Source of the DNA: an uncultured Peptococcaceae bacterium
Lineage (GTDB): Bacteria; Bacillota; Peptococcia; Peptococcales; Peptococcaceae
Assembly: GCA_947254645.1 (NCBI GenBank)
Contig: CAMYDW010000001.1
Location: forward strand, 63,433-127,432
DNA length: 64,000 nucleotides
Direction of reading: 5' to 3'
The notes beneath the pieces were generated by a model. That model was not told the DNA's origin. It ran no database searches and saw only the letters and a program-made list of their open reading frames with translations. The position numbers and the translations under genes are program-made. Below, one piece after another: positions 20,069-32,629 of this stretch (positions are counted from its first letter, which is position 1; each line of letters opens with the position of its first letter).

Positions 20069-20701
20069 ATGAGTGCGTTGTCAGAAAAAGAAAAGCTTCA
20101 ACAGCTTGCATCTCAGATTCAGGCTTGTAAATGTGACCAGCCTTATTACTATGTAAGCTACTCCACACGTGATGGTGAGAGTGTCTATCAGGATGTATTG
20201 GCCCTACAACAAGCTGGCAAAAATTTATGGATTGATGTCGATGTGAATTTCAATACGGGTGAAGGCTATAACAGCACTATTTTCAATAGACTTGCAGATA
20301 CCAATTGTCTTGGCATTTTGTTTTTTATGAGTGCTCAGTCGATGACCTCTGCGCAAAGCACCAAGGAAGTGGCTTTTGCCACCAGTCATCGTGTGCTTGA
20401 TGGACGTGGCGAAGCATTGCCAATTTGCGTTGTTGCCCTTGAAGACATTGAGTTTGGAGATATTGAAAAGTGGGTGGAGGGCTCTCTGTATAGCCGCTAC
20501 CGTGAAGAAAAATTGAGTGCCTTAGAAGCAGAACGTATCGAAAAATATCGTCATAAATATAATAATAAAGTCAACCAAGCAGTGACAAAATTTGATTTAT
20601 CAGAGTGTATTTTAAAAGTGCTCAAAACCCAAGAAAAGGCATTTGTACCAATGCAGGACGGCGCTGAAAAAAGAGTAGAAAAAATACTGTCAAGCTTATA
20701 A
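20069..20701 (+). CDS. TIR-like domain protein (about 130 aa TIR/flavodoxin-like N-terminal domain plus about 80 aa helical C-terminal tail)
   Basis: YYVSYSTRDGESVYQDVLALQQAGKNLWID and ILFFMSAQSMTSAQSTKE match the TIR beta-A/alpha-A/beta-B and beta-D/alpha-C pattern (FISYS..D ... L..AL...G..V..D ... vvLS.nY..S.WC..E); own promoter; monocistronic. Confidence 0.5.
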   Translation: MSALSEKEKLQQLASQIQACKCDQPYYYVSYSTRDGESVYQDVLALQQAGKNLWIDVDVNFNTGEGYNSTIFNRLADTNCLGILFFMSAQSMTSAQSTKEVAFATSHRVLDGRGEALPICVVALEDIEFGDIEKWVEGSLYSRYREEKLSALEAERIEKYRHKYNNKVNQAVTKFDLSECILKVLKTQEKAFVPMQDGAEKRVEKILSSL

Positions 20702-20742
20702 TTTCCTTGACGGCTCTATGATGCTCCTGTATAATTAATATT

Positions 20743-20839
20743 CGGATGTGGGTTTATTCCCAGATCGAAACCGCATGTCGCTGGTTCCAAAAGACTTCGG
20801 TCACCTCGTGGCAGCGAGTATTCTCAGGGAGGTGTAATC
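20743..20839 (+). promoter_or_regulatory. Ribosomal protein L21 (rplU) leader, structured 5' UTR downstream of promoter TTGACG-18-TATAAT (20706-20735)
   Basis: About 95-nt GC-rich structured leader (GGTTCCAAAAGACTTCGGTCACCTCGTGGCAGCGAG) preceding rplU, as in the Firmicutes L21 leader family. Confidence 0.55.
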
Positions 20840-21151
20840 ATGTACGCTATTATTGAAACTGGTGGTAAACAATACAAAGTTGAAGAAGGTATGACTTTAG
20901 ATGTTGAACTTCTCCATGCTGAAGCTGGTGACGTTATCGACGTTGACGCTGTATTGATGTTAAACCAAGATGGTCAAGTAAAAGTTGGTAGCCCTTATGT
21001 AGAAGGCGCTAAAGTAAGCTTGAAAGTTGTTGAAAACGGCAAAGCACCAAAGATTGTTGTTTTCAAATACAAAGCTAAAAAGAACTATCGTCGTAAAAAA
21101 GGTCATCGTCAACCTTATACCCGCGTAACTGTTGAAAAGATTGTTGGCTAA
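20840..21151 (+). CDS. rplU: 50S ribosomal protein L21
   Basis: [17 protein letters not shown] ... Confidence 0.97.
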   Translation: MYAIIETGGKQYKVEEGMTLDVELLHAEAGDVIDVDAVLMLNQDGQVKVGSPYVEGAKVSLKVVENGKAPKIVVFKYKAKKNYRRKKGHRQPYTRVTVEKIVG

Positions 21152-21480
21152 TGATTCATGTAGCCTTGTTTTATAGTGATAAGCACACATTGTGTGGCTA
21201 CACCTTAGAGGGACATGCCGATTCGGCGCCACACGGTGAAGACATTGTATGTGCTGCTGCATCAACCTTGGCTATTGTGACTGAAAATAGCTTAGATATA
21301 CAAGGAGTGCACTACGACGCCGAGATGGAAGAAGGTTATTTTAAGCTTTTTCTACAAGAGGCAAGGGATGAGAAAGAAGTGGTTATTGCACAAGCTGTGC
21401 TAAAAACTTTGGAAATCGGTCTCTTGCAATTGGCAAAGAATTATCCGAAATTTATTGAGACAGACCATGTTTTTGTTTGA
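21151..21480 (+). CDS. prp: Ribosomal-processing cysteine protease Prp (YsxB family)
   Basis: Conserved gene between rplU and rpmA; Cys/His motifs (GHADSAPHGEDIVCAAAS). Confidence 0.85.
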   Translation: MIHVALFYSDKHTLCGYTLEGHADSAPHGEDIVCAAASTLAIVTENSLDIQGVHYDAEMEEGYFKLFLQEARDEKEVVIAQAVLKTLEIGLLQLAKNYPKFIETDHVFV

Positions 21481-21492
21481 GGAGGTGGACAC

Positions 21493-21774
21493 ATGTTCAC
21501 ATTAGACTTACAATTATTTGCATCTAAAAAAGGGGTAGGTAGTACCAAGAATGGTCGTGACTCCCACTCCAAACGTTTGGGCGCTAAAAAAGGTGATGGC
21601 CAATCTGTAAAGGCTGGTAACATCTTGTATCGTCAAAGAGGCACCAAGATTCATCCAGGTGCTGGTGTAGGCAGAGGTGGCGATGACACCTTGTTTGCAA
21701 TGATTGACGGTGTTGTACGTTATGAACGTAAAGGTAAAAATAGAACCCAAGTGAGCGTTTACGCTGCTGAATAA
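21493..21774 (+). CDS. rpmA: 50S ribosomal protein L27 (with N-terminal propeptide cleaved by Prp)
   Basis: [24 protein letters not shown] ... typical Firmicutes L27 with N-terminal extension. Confidence 0.95.
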   Translation: MFTLDLQLFASKKGVGSTKNGRDSHSKRLGAKKGDGQSVKAGNILYRQRGTKIHPGAGVGRGGDDTLFAMIDGVVRYERKGKNRTQVSVYAAE

Positions 21775-21840
21775 GAGGTTTTAGTAGGGATGGCCGCTAG
21801 GTCATCCCTTTTTTGCTATTTTTAAAGAAAGAGATGTGCA

Positions 21841-24943
<3,103 letters not shown>

Positions 24944-24952
24944 GTGAAGACG

Positions 24953-25510
24953 ATGCCATCTCCTGTTATTTGGGACATTGTGTTTTTCTTTTTGCTGATG
25001 GGGCTCCTCTCTCTCAATTTACAAACAAGTCATGCCACCATTCCTTTGTGGTGTCCCCTCGCCTTTCTTTTGTGTGAGGGCAATATTTTGACATGGGTGT
25101 GGCAAAATGGGTGGAATCACCTTAACCGCTGGGCATGGCTTGTGTCTTTTGTGTTGGTAGGATGTATGCTTTTACAGCAATCCTTTGGCCGCAGACGTTG
25201 GTATATTTTTCATGGTGGCGGCTTTCGGCGTGAACGTGAAAGCTATGAACTCTTGGCAAAAAATATTTCGCAATTTTTGTGGCTGAACGGTGCTTCTCCT
25301 GCAGATGTGTTGTTCAAATATGAGGGCTTTTTGGGATTGGCGCCTATGAGCGAGCAAAGAGAAAAGGATTTTTTCAAAGAAATTGATCAGACACTAGAGG
25401 ATACCAAATGGTGTTCTTGGTCCTTGTGGCACACCATGTTTGCCTTTCAGGGCGTTTTTATGATGTGCTTTCTAAGTATTCATGCACTTTATATGATGGG
25501 GGTTTTCTAA
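24953..25510 (+). CDS. Hypothetical Trp-rich membrane protein
   Basis: ORF with 4-5 predicted TM segments; ATG after RBS TAGGTGA; no recognisable family. Confidence 0.45.
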   Translation: MPSPVIWDIVFFFLLMGLLSLNLQTSHATIPLWCPLAFLLCEGNILTWVWQNGWNHLNRWAWLVSFVLVGCMLLQQSFGRRRWYIFHGGGFRRERESYELLAKNISQFLWLNGASPADVLFKYEGFLGLAPMSEQREKDFFKEIDQTLEDTKWCSWSLWHTMFAFQGVFMMCFLSIHALYMMGVF

Positions 25511-25713
25511 TGGGACAACAGCTCTTGTTTTATCTTGCCGTACTGCTTTTGATAATCGGTATTGCCATTAAAATATATGGAATGGCTTGCTTGGCGAATA
25601 AAAAATGGCCAGAAGCAGAACGTCTCGCACGTTACAAAAAAACCATCCCAGTGAGTTATGCGTTGTTGCTACCAACAATTGCCATTATCATCTATCTAAT
25701 AGTAACGAAATAA
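25510..25713 (+). CDS. Small (67 aa) two-TM membrane protein
   Basis: ATG overlapping the upstream stop (TAATG); hydrophobic. Confidence 0.35.
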   Translation: MGQQLLFYLAVLLLIIGIAIKIYGMACLANKKWPEAERLARYKKTIPVSYALLLPTIAIIIYLIVTK

Positions 25714-25810
25714 AGAAAATCACAACGAAAGTATATTGTTTTAGAAACAAACATGCCCTATAATATGAGTTAAGCATTTCGACAAGAGCCCATGCTCGAT
25801 AGGGGGATCG

Positions 25811-26323
25811 TTGATGATGAAAAAAACAGCGATTATTTTAACAGCCTTTGCTATGCTGCTTTTTGTGGCAGGCTGTAGCAGTATGCACAAAATGGAGCAA
25901 CCAAAATCTTTCGCAGAATCGCTTTATGCAGCTAAAAATCCTTATATAGGAAATAATAGTGCAGACGCGGATTTGGTGAGCTTGATGCGTCTCGGCAATT
26001 TTGGAAAGTACACCCTTTCTGTGGAAGCAAAGGAGCATCCTTATACCTTATCTATCCGTTATATGTATCTCAACAGCAGCGTAGACAGGGAAAAATTCAA
26101 TACCACAATGACCAATAGTGCGATATTGCTCTTGGCATTGATTGACAACTGCGAACAAATTTCATGGACCTATGCATCCGATGAAGGACAACAATCCAAT
26201 GCCATTGGTGTGGATTATGTCAAAGATGTGATGGAGATAGATGTGAAAAATATAGCCAAGGATGAGAAAAAATTTACAGAACTCTGTAATCAGCTCTTTC
26301 CTGACCGTGCAACGACATCTTAA
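25811..26323 (+). CDS. Hypothetical lipoprotein (lipobox FVAGC)
   Basis: Signal peptide with lipobox cysteine; no family recognised. Confidence 0.55.
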   Translation: MMMKKTAIILTAFAMLLFVAGCSSMHKMEQPKSFAESLYAAKNPYIGNNSADADLVSLMRLGNFGKYTLSVEAKEHPYTLSIRYMYLNSSVDREKFNTTMTNSAILLLALIDNCEQISWTYASDEGQQSNAIGVDYVKDVMEIDVKNIAKDEKKFTELCNQLFPDRATTS

Positions 26324-26435
26324 TAATGAAAAGCAAAAGTGACGAAAGTGACTTTTGCTTTTTTTGTTTTTTTGTCTAAACCTTGAAAAGTTATAATCAC
26401 TGACTATGCTATAATGAATCAAAGAGGTGGGTATG

Positions 26436-27200
26436 ATGTTACGTTTAAAGAAGCTGAAGAAAAAATTTTTTGGTAATAAACGCCCTGTGAATAAAGCCTT
26501 GCGTCGTCGCCAATTTGAAAAAGATTTGCCTGGATTTATTATTCTAGGTGTGCTATTTATCCTCATGTGTATCGTTGGCTGGATTCTCTATATCAAAGTC
26601 GGTCGTCCTCTGTATGAAGTGATGATTCAACCAGATGCCGCCCGTCAGTGGATTGTTTCTCGTGGGAAATGGAGTTATTTGTTCTTTGTTTTTATGGTCT
26701 TTCTGCAAATTGTGGTTGCCGTCATTCCTGGGGAACCTTTCCAAATAGCGGCAGGGCTGGCCTTTGGTCCTGTGCTGGGGACAGTACTTTGTATGATTGG
26801 GATGTTGACAGGGTCGATTACCACCTTTATGTTGACACGTGTTTTTGGCTATCGTTTATTAGAACGGTTGTTTTCAGAGCGCTCCCTATCAAAACTGGAC
26901 TTAGGAGATTATTCCAAAGAAACCATAGAGCGTGTGGTTTTTGTCGCCTTTATCATCCCTGGAACGCCAAAAGATTTATTGAGCTATGCAGTGGGCTTAA
27001 CGCCACTGTCCTTGGCAAGCTGGATACGGATCACCTTGATTGCACGGTTTCCGTCGGTATTGATGGCAAGTGTTGGTGGCGATGCCATCAGCAGTGGCAA
27101 TTTTAAGGCAGCAGCGATTTATTTGGGGATTGGGGTAGCTATGTCCTTGGTCATGTATGTTGTTTATGAATGGATGCATCGCTATCGTTTAAGCCGTTAA
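26436..27200 (+). CDS. TVP38/TMEM64 (DedA/SNARE-associated) family membrane protein
   Basis: GEPFQIAAGLAFGP ... FIIPGTPKDLLSYAVG motifs typical of DedA/TVP38. Confidence 0.75.
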   Translation: MLRLKKLKKKFFGNKRPVNKALRRRQFEKDLPGFIILGVLFILMCIVGWILYIKVGRPLYEVMIQPDAARQWIVSRGKWSYLFFVFMVFLQIVVAVIPGEPFQIAAGLAFGPVLGTVLCMIGMLTGSITTFMLTRVFGYRLLERLFSERSLSKLDLGDYSKETIERVVFVAFIIPGTPKDLLSYAVGLTPLSLASWIRITLIARFPSVLMASVGGDAISSGNFKAAAIYLGIGVAMSLVMYVVYEWMHRYRLSR

Positions 27201-27202
27201 AA

Positions 27203-27240
27203 AAAGAGCTTCTCCTCGAGGAGAAACTCTTTTTCTATTT
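27203..27240. terminator. Bidirectional terminator (TVP38 / tmk)
   Basis: AAAAAAGAGCTTCTCCTCGAGGAGAAACTCTTTTTC. Confidence 0.75.
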
Positions 27241-27242
27241 GA

Positions 27243-27845
27243 TTATAAATAATCCTGTAGGACTTCCCAGGTTTCAGCATATACAGCATCCTCATTTTGA
27301 TTGGCATTGATGACAATAACATTGTCATCGGTGCGCACCTGAGCAAGCATCAGATAAAGCTGACGTATTTGATACAGCTGATGGAGTGTTTCGTAACGTT
27401 CTGCAATTTCGCCACGTTGTTCAATACGCGCCATAGCCTCTTGCTCTGGAAGGTCATAGAGCAAGGTGACTGTTGGGTGAAGGCGTGCGTCTGCTTCCTT
27501 ATTGAGGTTTAGCACCCATTCGAGGGTCAGGTGTTGGCTATTGTAGGCCAAGGAAGAGAGCAGATAACGGTCACAGAGAACAATTTCTCCTTGGGCAAGA
27601 TGTGCTTCGATGGTTTTGATGTGATCAAGGCGGTCGGCGGCAAATAGGAGTGTCAGTGTGGCTTCATCAAAGCTGGTGTCAGTGAGGAGCGCTTTGCGCA
27701 CCATGCTGCCAATCGGTCCATCGCTTGGCTCTCGAGTCACAAAAACCTTCTTGCCAGTCGCTTCTAAGTGGTCTTTTAGATGAAGGAGTTGGGTGCTTTT
27801 TCCACTGCCGTCAATGCCTTCAAAGACGATTAACGTTCCACTCAT
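27243..27845 (-). CDS. tmk: Thymidylate kinase (dTMP kinase)
   Basis: P-loop FEGIDGSGKST, DRY motif (CDRYLLS), lid region; overlaps the trpS stop by 4 nt. Confidence 0.8.
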   Translation of the reverse strand: MSGTLIVFEGIDGSGKSTQLLHLKDHLEATGKKVFVTREPSDGPIGSMVRKALLTDTSFDEATLTLLFAADRLDHIKTIEAHLAQGEIVLCDRYLLSSLAYNSQHLTLEWVLNLNKEADARLHPTVTLLYDLPEQEAMARIEQRGEIAERYETLHQLYQIRQLYLMLAQVRTDDNVIVINANQNEDAVYAETWEVLQDYL

Positions 27846-28849
27846 AATCCACCATTGAGGGTCAAGTGCATGGCTTCCTTCGCACGTGCAACATTTTCAT
27901 TACCGATGGCATTGGCACGGGCATTACCAGCGTTGATGATATCACGTACTTCGTCTAAATGTGCTTCATAGTAAGCACGTCTCTCACGGAATGGATCCAA
28001 TAAGGTATTTAAGCTAGTGGTGAGTTGTTTTTTACAAGCCACACAACCAATGGTGCCGGCCTTGCAACGCTCGCAGATGTCGGCGTATTGGTCTTTGGTG
28101 AAAATTTGATGATATTTGCTGACCACGCAAATATCTGGATGTCCTGGGTCTGTCGCACGAATACGGCTTGGGTCGGTGACGGCTTTTGCTACTTTTTCCT
28201 TGACTGTTTCTGCTGTGTCAGAAAGATAAATGGCATTGCCTAGGCTCTTGCCCATTTTGGCATTGCCATCAAGGCCCATGAGGCGCGGAAACTCACTAAG
28301 TTTGATTTCAGGTTCAGTGAAAATTGGCGCATCCTTGGCATAGAGGTCATTGAAACGGCGCACCAATTTGCGTGCCAACTCTAGGTGTGGCTTTTGGTCT
28401 TCGCCAACAGGCACCAAATCGGCATTACAGAAGGTGATGTCTGCCGTTTGGCTCACTGGATAGCCAATGAAGCCATAGGTCATATCGTCATAGCCATAAT
28501 TGGCTGCTTCAGTCTTGACAGTGGGATTATGACGCAAGGTGTTCATTGTCACAAACATTGAATAGAAGATGGTCAATTCTGCAATAGATGGAATCTGAGA
28601 TTGTAAAAATAGGGTTACTTTTTCAGGATTCAAGCCTACAGAAAGGTTGTCCATTGCCACCTGCATGATGCTGTCGCTGATTAACTCCGGACGCTCAAAA
28701 TGGGTGGTCAAGGCTTGAATATCTGCAATTTCAATAAAAGTGTCGTACTCATCTTGTAATTTTACACGGTTACTAAGACTGCCAACATAGTGACCGATGT
28801 GTAGACGGCCTGTTGGACGGTCGCCTGTCAGAATGCGTTTACGTGTCAT
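27842..28849 (-). CDS. trpS: Tryptophan--tRNA ligase
   Basis: HIGH motif (GRLHIGHY) and KMSKS motif (KMGKS); start at MTRKRILTG behind AAAGGAG. Confidence 0.93.
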   Translation of the reverse strand: MTRKRILTGDRPTGRLHIGHYVGSLSNRVKLQDEYDTFIEIADIQALTTHFERPELISDSIMQVAMDNLSVGLNPEKVTLFLQSQIPSIAELTIFYSMFVTMNTLRHNPTVKTEAANYGYDDMTYGFIGYPVSQTADITFCNADLVPVGEDQKPHLELARKLVRRFNDLYAKDAPIFTEPEIKLSEFPRLMGLDGNAKMGKSLGNAIYLSDTAETVKEKVAKAVTDPSRIRATDPGHPDICVVSKYHQIFTKDQYADICERCKAGTIGCVACKKQLTTSLNTLLDPFRERRAYYEAHLDEVRDIINAGNARANAIGNENVARAKEAMHLTLNGGL

Positions 28850-29033
28850 TTCTATACTCCTTTTAGGTTTTAGGATGATAAAAGCCATTATATTTTAGTA
28901 TAGAATTTAAGGATTTTTTTGTCAATCAAAGGGCCAATAGGTTATCTATAAATTGTTGCAATGAGTCATTGCTTGATTATAAAATTTTTATACCTTATAA
29001 TGTTTTCACACCAAAACAGTAGGAGGAATGGAA

Positions 29034-30281
29034 ATGACATTATTAGCAAAGCATGCCCAAGGGAAAGGTGGCCCAGATACGATTTTTGCTTACGCAGCAC
29101 AAGCAGGAAAGCGTGCTGAAGAAGTGGGCAAAGAAAATATCATCAATGCGACCATTGGCGCATTTTTAGATGCAGAAGGCAACTTGAAAACGATGAAGAC
29201 TGTGGAAGAGGCATTGAAATCCATTCCTTTTGAAGTGGGTGCCAACTACGCACCGATTAATGGTTTGCCAGGCTATATTGAAGGGATGACAGAAAGCGTG
29301 TTGCGCGACCATCGTCCAGCACACACCTTTATTGGTGGGATTGCCACACCAGGTGGCACAGGGGCGTTGCACAACGCATTCTACAACTACCTCAATGAAG
29401 GAGAAGTGTGCCTCACTACCGATTACTATTGGGGCAACTATAAGACCTTATTAGAAGAATTGGGACGTGGACTAGAAACCTTCAATACCTTTGATGAAGA
29501 GGGGCATTTTGATGTCGCAAGTTGTGTGACGGCTTGTAAGAAGGTTGGAGAAAAGCAAACCAATATCCAGTTGCTGTTGAATACCCCAGCACACAATCCA
29601 ACTGGTTTTTCAATGACTGACGATGAATGGAAAGCCCTTGTTGATGAATTGGTTGTGATTGCCAATAACGGGAAAAACAATATCATTCTAATGGTTGACG
29701 TGGCCTATTTAGACTATGCTGGCAGTGACGCACGTCGTTTCTTTGAATTTTTCACTGACCTACCAGAAAACTTCTTGACCATTGTTTGCGCTAGTACCTC
29801 TAAAGGCTATACCCTTTATGGGTATCGCTTGGGCTTGATGATTGGGATTGCCCAAACAGAAGCTGTCCTCAATGACTTCCTTTTGGCGAATGGTGCTTCT
29901 GCACGTGCCACCTGGTCAAATTGTAGCCGTCCAGCAATGGAAGCCATCAACCATTTGGCAAACAACCCAGAAAAATTGGCAGCGTTCCGTCAAGAGCAAG
30001 ACGATTTTGCCATGAGCTTGGCACGCCGCTCTGATATTTTCATGGCAGAAGCCAAAGAAGTGGGATTGAAGGTTTGCCCATATCATTCAGGATTTTTCAT
30101 CTACGTGCCAACCGAGAACCATGAAGAAGCCGTAAAGGTCTTTGACATCTTGGCGGCGCAAAACTTATTTGTGGTGCCTCTTGGGGAAGGCTTGCGTATT
30201 GCCATTTGTGCAGTAGATGACGCACAAATCCCAGGCATGGCAACAAAATTTAAACAAGCCCTTGATCAAGCGCGCGCATAG
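29034..30281 (+). CDS. PLP-dependent class-I aminotransferase (aspartate/aromatic aminotransferase-like)
   Basis: Fold-type I architecture with conserved Lys in SKGYTLYGYRLG; 415 aa. Confidence 0.75.
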   Translation: MTLLAKHAQGKGGPDTIFAYAAQAGKRAEEVGKENIINATIGAFLDAEGNLKTMKTVEEALKSIPFEVGANYAPINGLPGYIEGMTESVLRDHRPAHTFIGGIATPGGTGALHNAFYNYLNEGEVCLTTDYYWGNYKTLLEELGRGLETFNTFDEEGHFDVASCVTACKKVGEKQTNIQLLLNTPAHNPTGFSMTDDEWKALVDELVVIANNGKNNIILMVDVAYLDYAGSDARRFFEFFTDLPENFLTIVCASTSKGYTLYGYRLGLMIGIAQTEAVLNDFLLANGASARATWSNCSRPAMEAINHLANNPEKLAAFRQEQDDFAMSLARRSDIFMAEAKEVGLKVCPYHSGFFIYVPTENHEEAVKVFDILAAQNLFVVPLGEGLRIAICAVDDAQIPGMATKFKQALDQARA

Positions 30282-30394
30282 TTTTTTTCAACGTCACTGC
30301 CAAGCAGTGGCGTTTTTATCTTTAAGCTTTAAATTAGGCAAAATTGTCTGCAATTCGTTCTTGACGATTGCTTGAAAAAGCACTAGAATATATT

Positions 30395-30650
30395 GATATA
30401 TAAAGATGCAGTGATAAGGAGGAATCCTATTCGTCACATGACAGAGAGGGCGGTCTTGGCTGGAAATCGCCTATGGGAGATAGGTATTCTACCACCTTTG
30501 AGCAATGATGGGATAAACCATCATCGGTCGCTACCGTTACCAAGCACTGAAAGTGGATTAATTATTTAATCAATCTGGGTGGAACCACGGGAATGTTCGG
30601 CGCTCTCGTCCCTATTGGGATGAGGGCGCCTTTTTATTTTATAAAAAACA
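30395..30650 (+). ncRNA. T-box riboswitch leader of thrS (Thr specifier ACC) with terminator
   Basis: GA/K-turn AGTGA, AGAGAG stem-I element, T-box motif AATCTGGGTGGAACCACGG at 30572-30590, terminator GGCGCTCTCGTCCC ... GGGATGAGGGCGCC plus T-run; promoter TTGACG-17-TAGAAT. Confidence 0.85.
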
Positions 30651-30669
30651 ATTTGAGGAGGATGTTGGT

Positions 30670-32577
30670 ATGTTAAAAATTACCTTGCCTAACGGCAGTG
30701 AAAAAGAATTTGATCAAGCAAGTGTGACCCCAATGGAAGTGGCAAAAAGCCTTTCTAATAGCTTGCCTAAAAAGGCAGTGGCAGCGAAGGTTGATGGGGT
30801 GGTTGTGGATTTAATGACCCCTATCGAAAAAGATGCCAGTGTGGCTATTTTGACCTTTGATGAAGAAGAAGGCAGAGAAGTTTTCCGTCACTCTTCCAGT
30901 CACGTTTTAGCAGAAGCGGTACAACGCTTGTGGCCAGGGACTAAGATTGCCATTGGGCCAGCGATTGACAATGGCTTCTATTATGACTTTGATAGTGAAC
31001 ACACCTTTGTGCCAGAAGACTTAGAAAAAATTGAAGCTGAAATGAAAAAAATCGTCAAAGCTGGGGCTGCTTTTGAACGCCGTGAACTGCCTCGTGAAGA
31101 AGCGATTGCCTTCTTCCAAGCACGTCATGAAGATTATAAAGTAGAATTGATTCAAGACCTTCCAGAAGATGCAGTTATTTCTCTTTATGAAGATGGCGAA
31201 TATGTAGACCTATGTGCAGGCCCACACTTGCCAAAAACCTCTCAAATTAAAGCCGTCAAGCTAATGAGCATTGCAGGCGCTTACTGGCGTGGCGATGAAA
31301 AAAATAAGATGCTCCAACGTATCTATGGCACCAGCTTCCCAAAACAACAAGAATTGGATGATTACCTCAACATGCTTGAAGAAGCAAAACGTCGTGACCA
31401 TCGTAAGCTTGGGAAAGAATTAGAATTGTTCTCCTTTGTGGATGAAGCACCAGGATTCCCTATCTTCCATCCAAAGGGCATGATTTTGCGTAATGCCCTT
31501 GAAGCCTTCTGGAGAGAAGAGCACGCTAAAGCAGGCTATTCTGAAGTGCGCACCCCGCTCATTATGAACCGTCAATTGTGGGAACGTTCTGGTCACTGGG
31601 ATCATTACAAAGACAATATGTATTTCACTGAAATCGATGAACAACCATTTGCGATTAAACCAATGAACTGCCCAGGTGGCATTTTGTTGTACAATGAATC
31701 CCTGCACAGCTATCGTGAATTGCCACTTCGTTGGGCTGAAATGGGCTTGGTACACCGTCATGAATTAAGTGGTGCATTGCACGGCTTGATGCGTGTGCGT
31801 GCTTTTACCCAAGACGATGCGCATATCTTCATGCGTGAAGACCAAATCATTGACGAATTGATTGGCGTTATGAACTTGGTAGACCGTATGTATTCAAAGT
31901 TTGGTTTTGAATACCACGTAGAATTGTCTACCCGTCCAGAAGATTCCATGGGCTCTGAGGAATTGTGGGAAAAAGCCACCGATGGCTTGCGCACTGCTCT
32001 TGAAAGCGTGGGTCGTGACTACATCATCAATCCAGGGGATGGGGCATTCTATGGTCCAAAAATCGACTTCCATTTGAAGGACACCCTTGGACGTACCTGG
32101 CAATGTGGGACCATCCAATTGGACTTCCAATTACCAGAAAAATTTGATATGACTTATATTGGCGAAGATGGTGAAAAGCATCGTCCAGTCATGGTGCATA
32201 GAACCATTTTTGGTAGCATTGAACGCTTTATCGGTATCTTGACAGAGCATTATGCTGGGGCATTCCCAGCATGGTTGACCCCTGTGCAAGCGATGATTAT
32301 TCCAATCACCTCTGCACAAGCAGACTATGCCGATGAAGTGGCTAAAAAATTAAAAGACGCTGGTGTACGTGTTGAAGTAGACCATCGTTCTGAAAAAATG
32401 GGCTACAAGATTCGTGAAGCAACAGTGAAGAAAATCCCATATATGTTGGTTGCTGGGGCAAAAGAAGCAGAAAGCAATGAAATTTCCTTGCGCTCCTATA
32501 AAGTGGGGGATGAAGGTGCCGTTGCAGTTGATGTCTTTGTAGACCGTCTTAAGAAAGAAATTGCAGAACGTGCATGA
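30670..32577 (+). CDS. thrS: Threonine--tRNA ligase
   Basis: TGS N-terminal domain, class II synthetase core, 635 aa. Confidence 0.95.
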   Translation: MLKITLPNGSEKEFDQASVTPMEVAKSLSNSLPKKAVAAKVDGVVVDLMTPIEKDASVAILTFDEEEGREVFRHSSSHVLAEAVQRLWPGTKIAIGPAIDNGFYYDFDSEHTFVPEDLEKIEAEMKKIVKAGAAFERRELPREEAIAFFQARHEDYKVELIQDLPEDAVISLYEDGEYVDLCAGPHLPKTSQIKAVKLMSIAGAYWRGDEKNKMLQRIYGTSFPKQQELDDYLNMLEEAKRRDHRKLGKELELFSFVDEAPGFPIFHPKGMILRNALEAFWREEHAKAGYSEVRTPLIMNRQLWERSGHWDHYKDNMYFTEIDEQPFAIKPMNCPGGILLYNESLHSYRELPLRWAEMGLVHRHELSGALHGLMRVRAFTQDDAHIFMREDQIIDELIGVMNLVDRMYSKFGFEYHVELSTRPEDSMGSEELWEKATDGLRTALESVGRDYIINPGDGAFYGPKIDFHLKDTLGRTWQCGTIQLDFQLPEKFDMTYIGEDGEKHRPVMVHRTIFGSIERFIGILTEHYAGAFPAWLTPVQAMIIPITSAQADYADEVAKKLKDAGVRVEVDHRSEKMGYKIREATVKKIPYMLVAGAKEAESNEISLRSYKVGDEGAVAVDVFVDRLKKEIAERA

Positions 32578-32629
32578 TAATTGAATTGTGCATCTGTCGC
32601 TCTAAATAGTGTTGTTGAGGAGAATTTTT

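Noticed and set aside
20069-20701. TIR-like protein as a Thoeris ThsB
   Set aside because: No ThsA (SIR2/SLOG or Macro) gene or any second defence gene within several kb, so it is not annotated as Thoeris and is called only a TIR-like orphan.
28850-29027. Possible T-box upstream of trpS
   Set aside because: The region is only 178 bp, lacks the conserved T-box sequence (GGTGG/CCACC) and contains no terminator/antiterminator pair.
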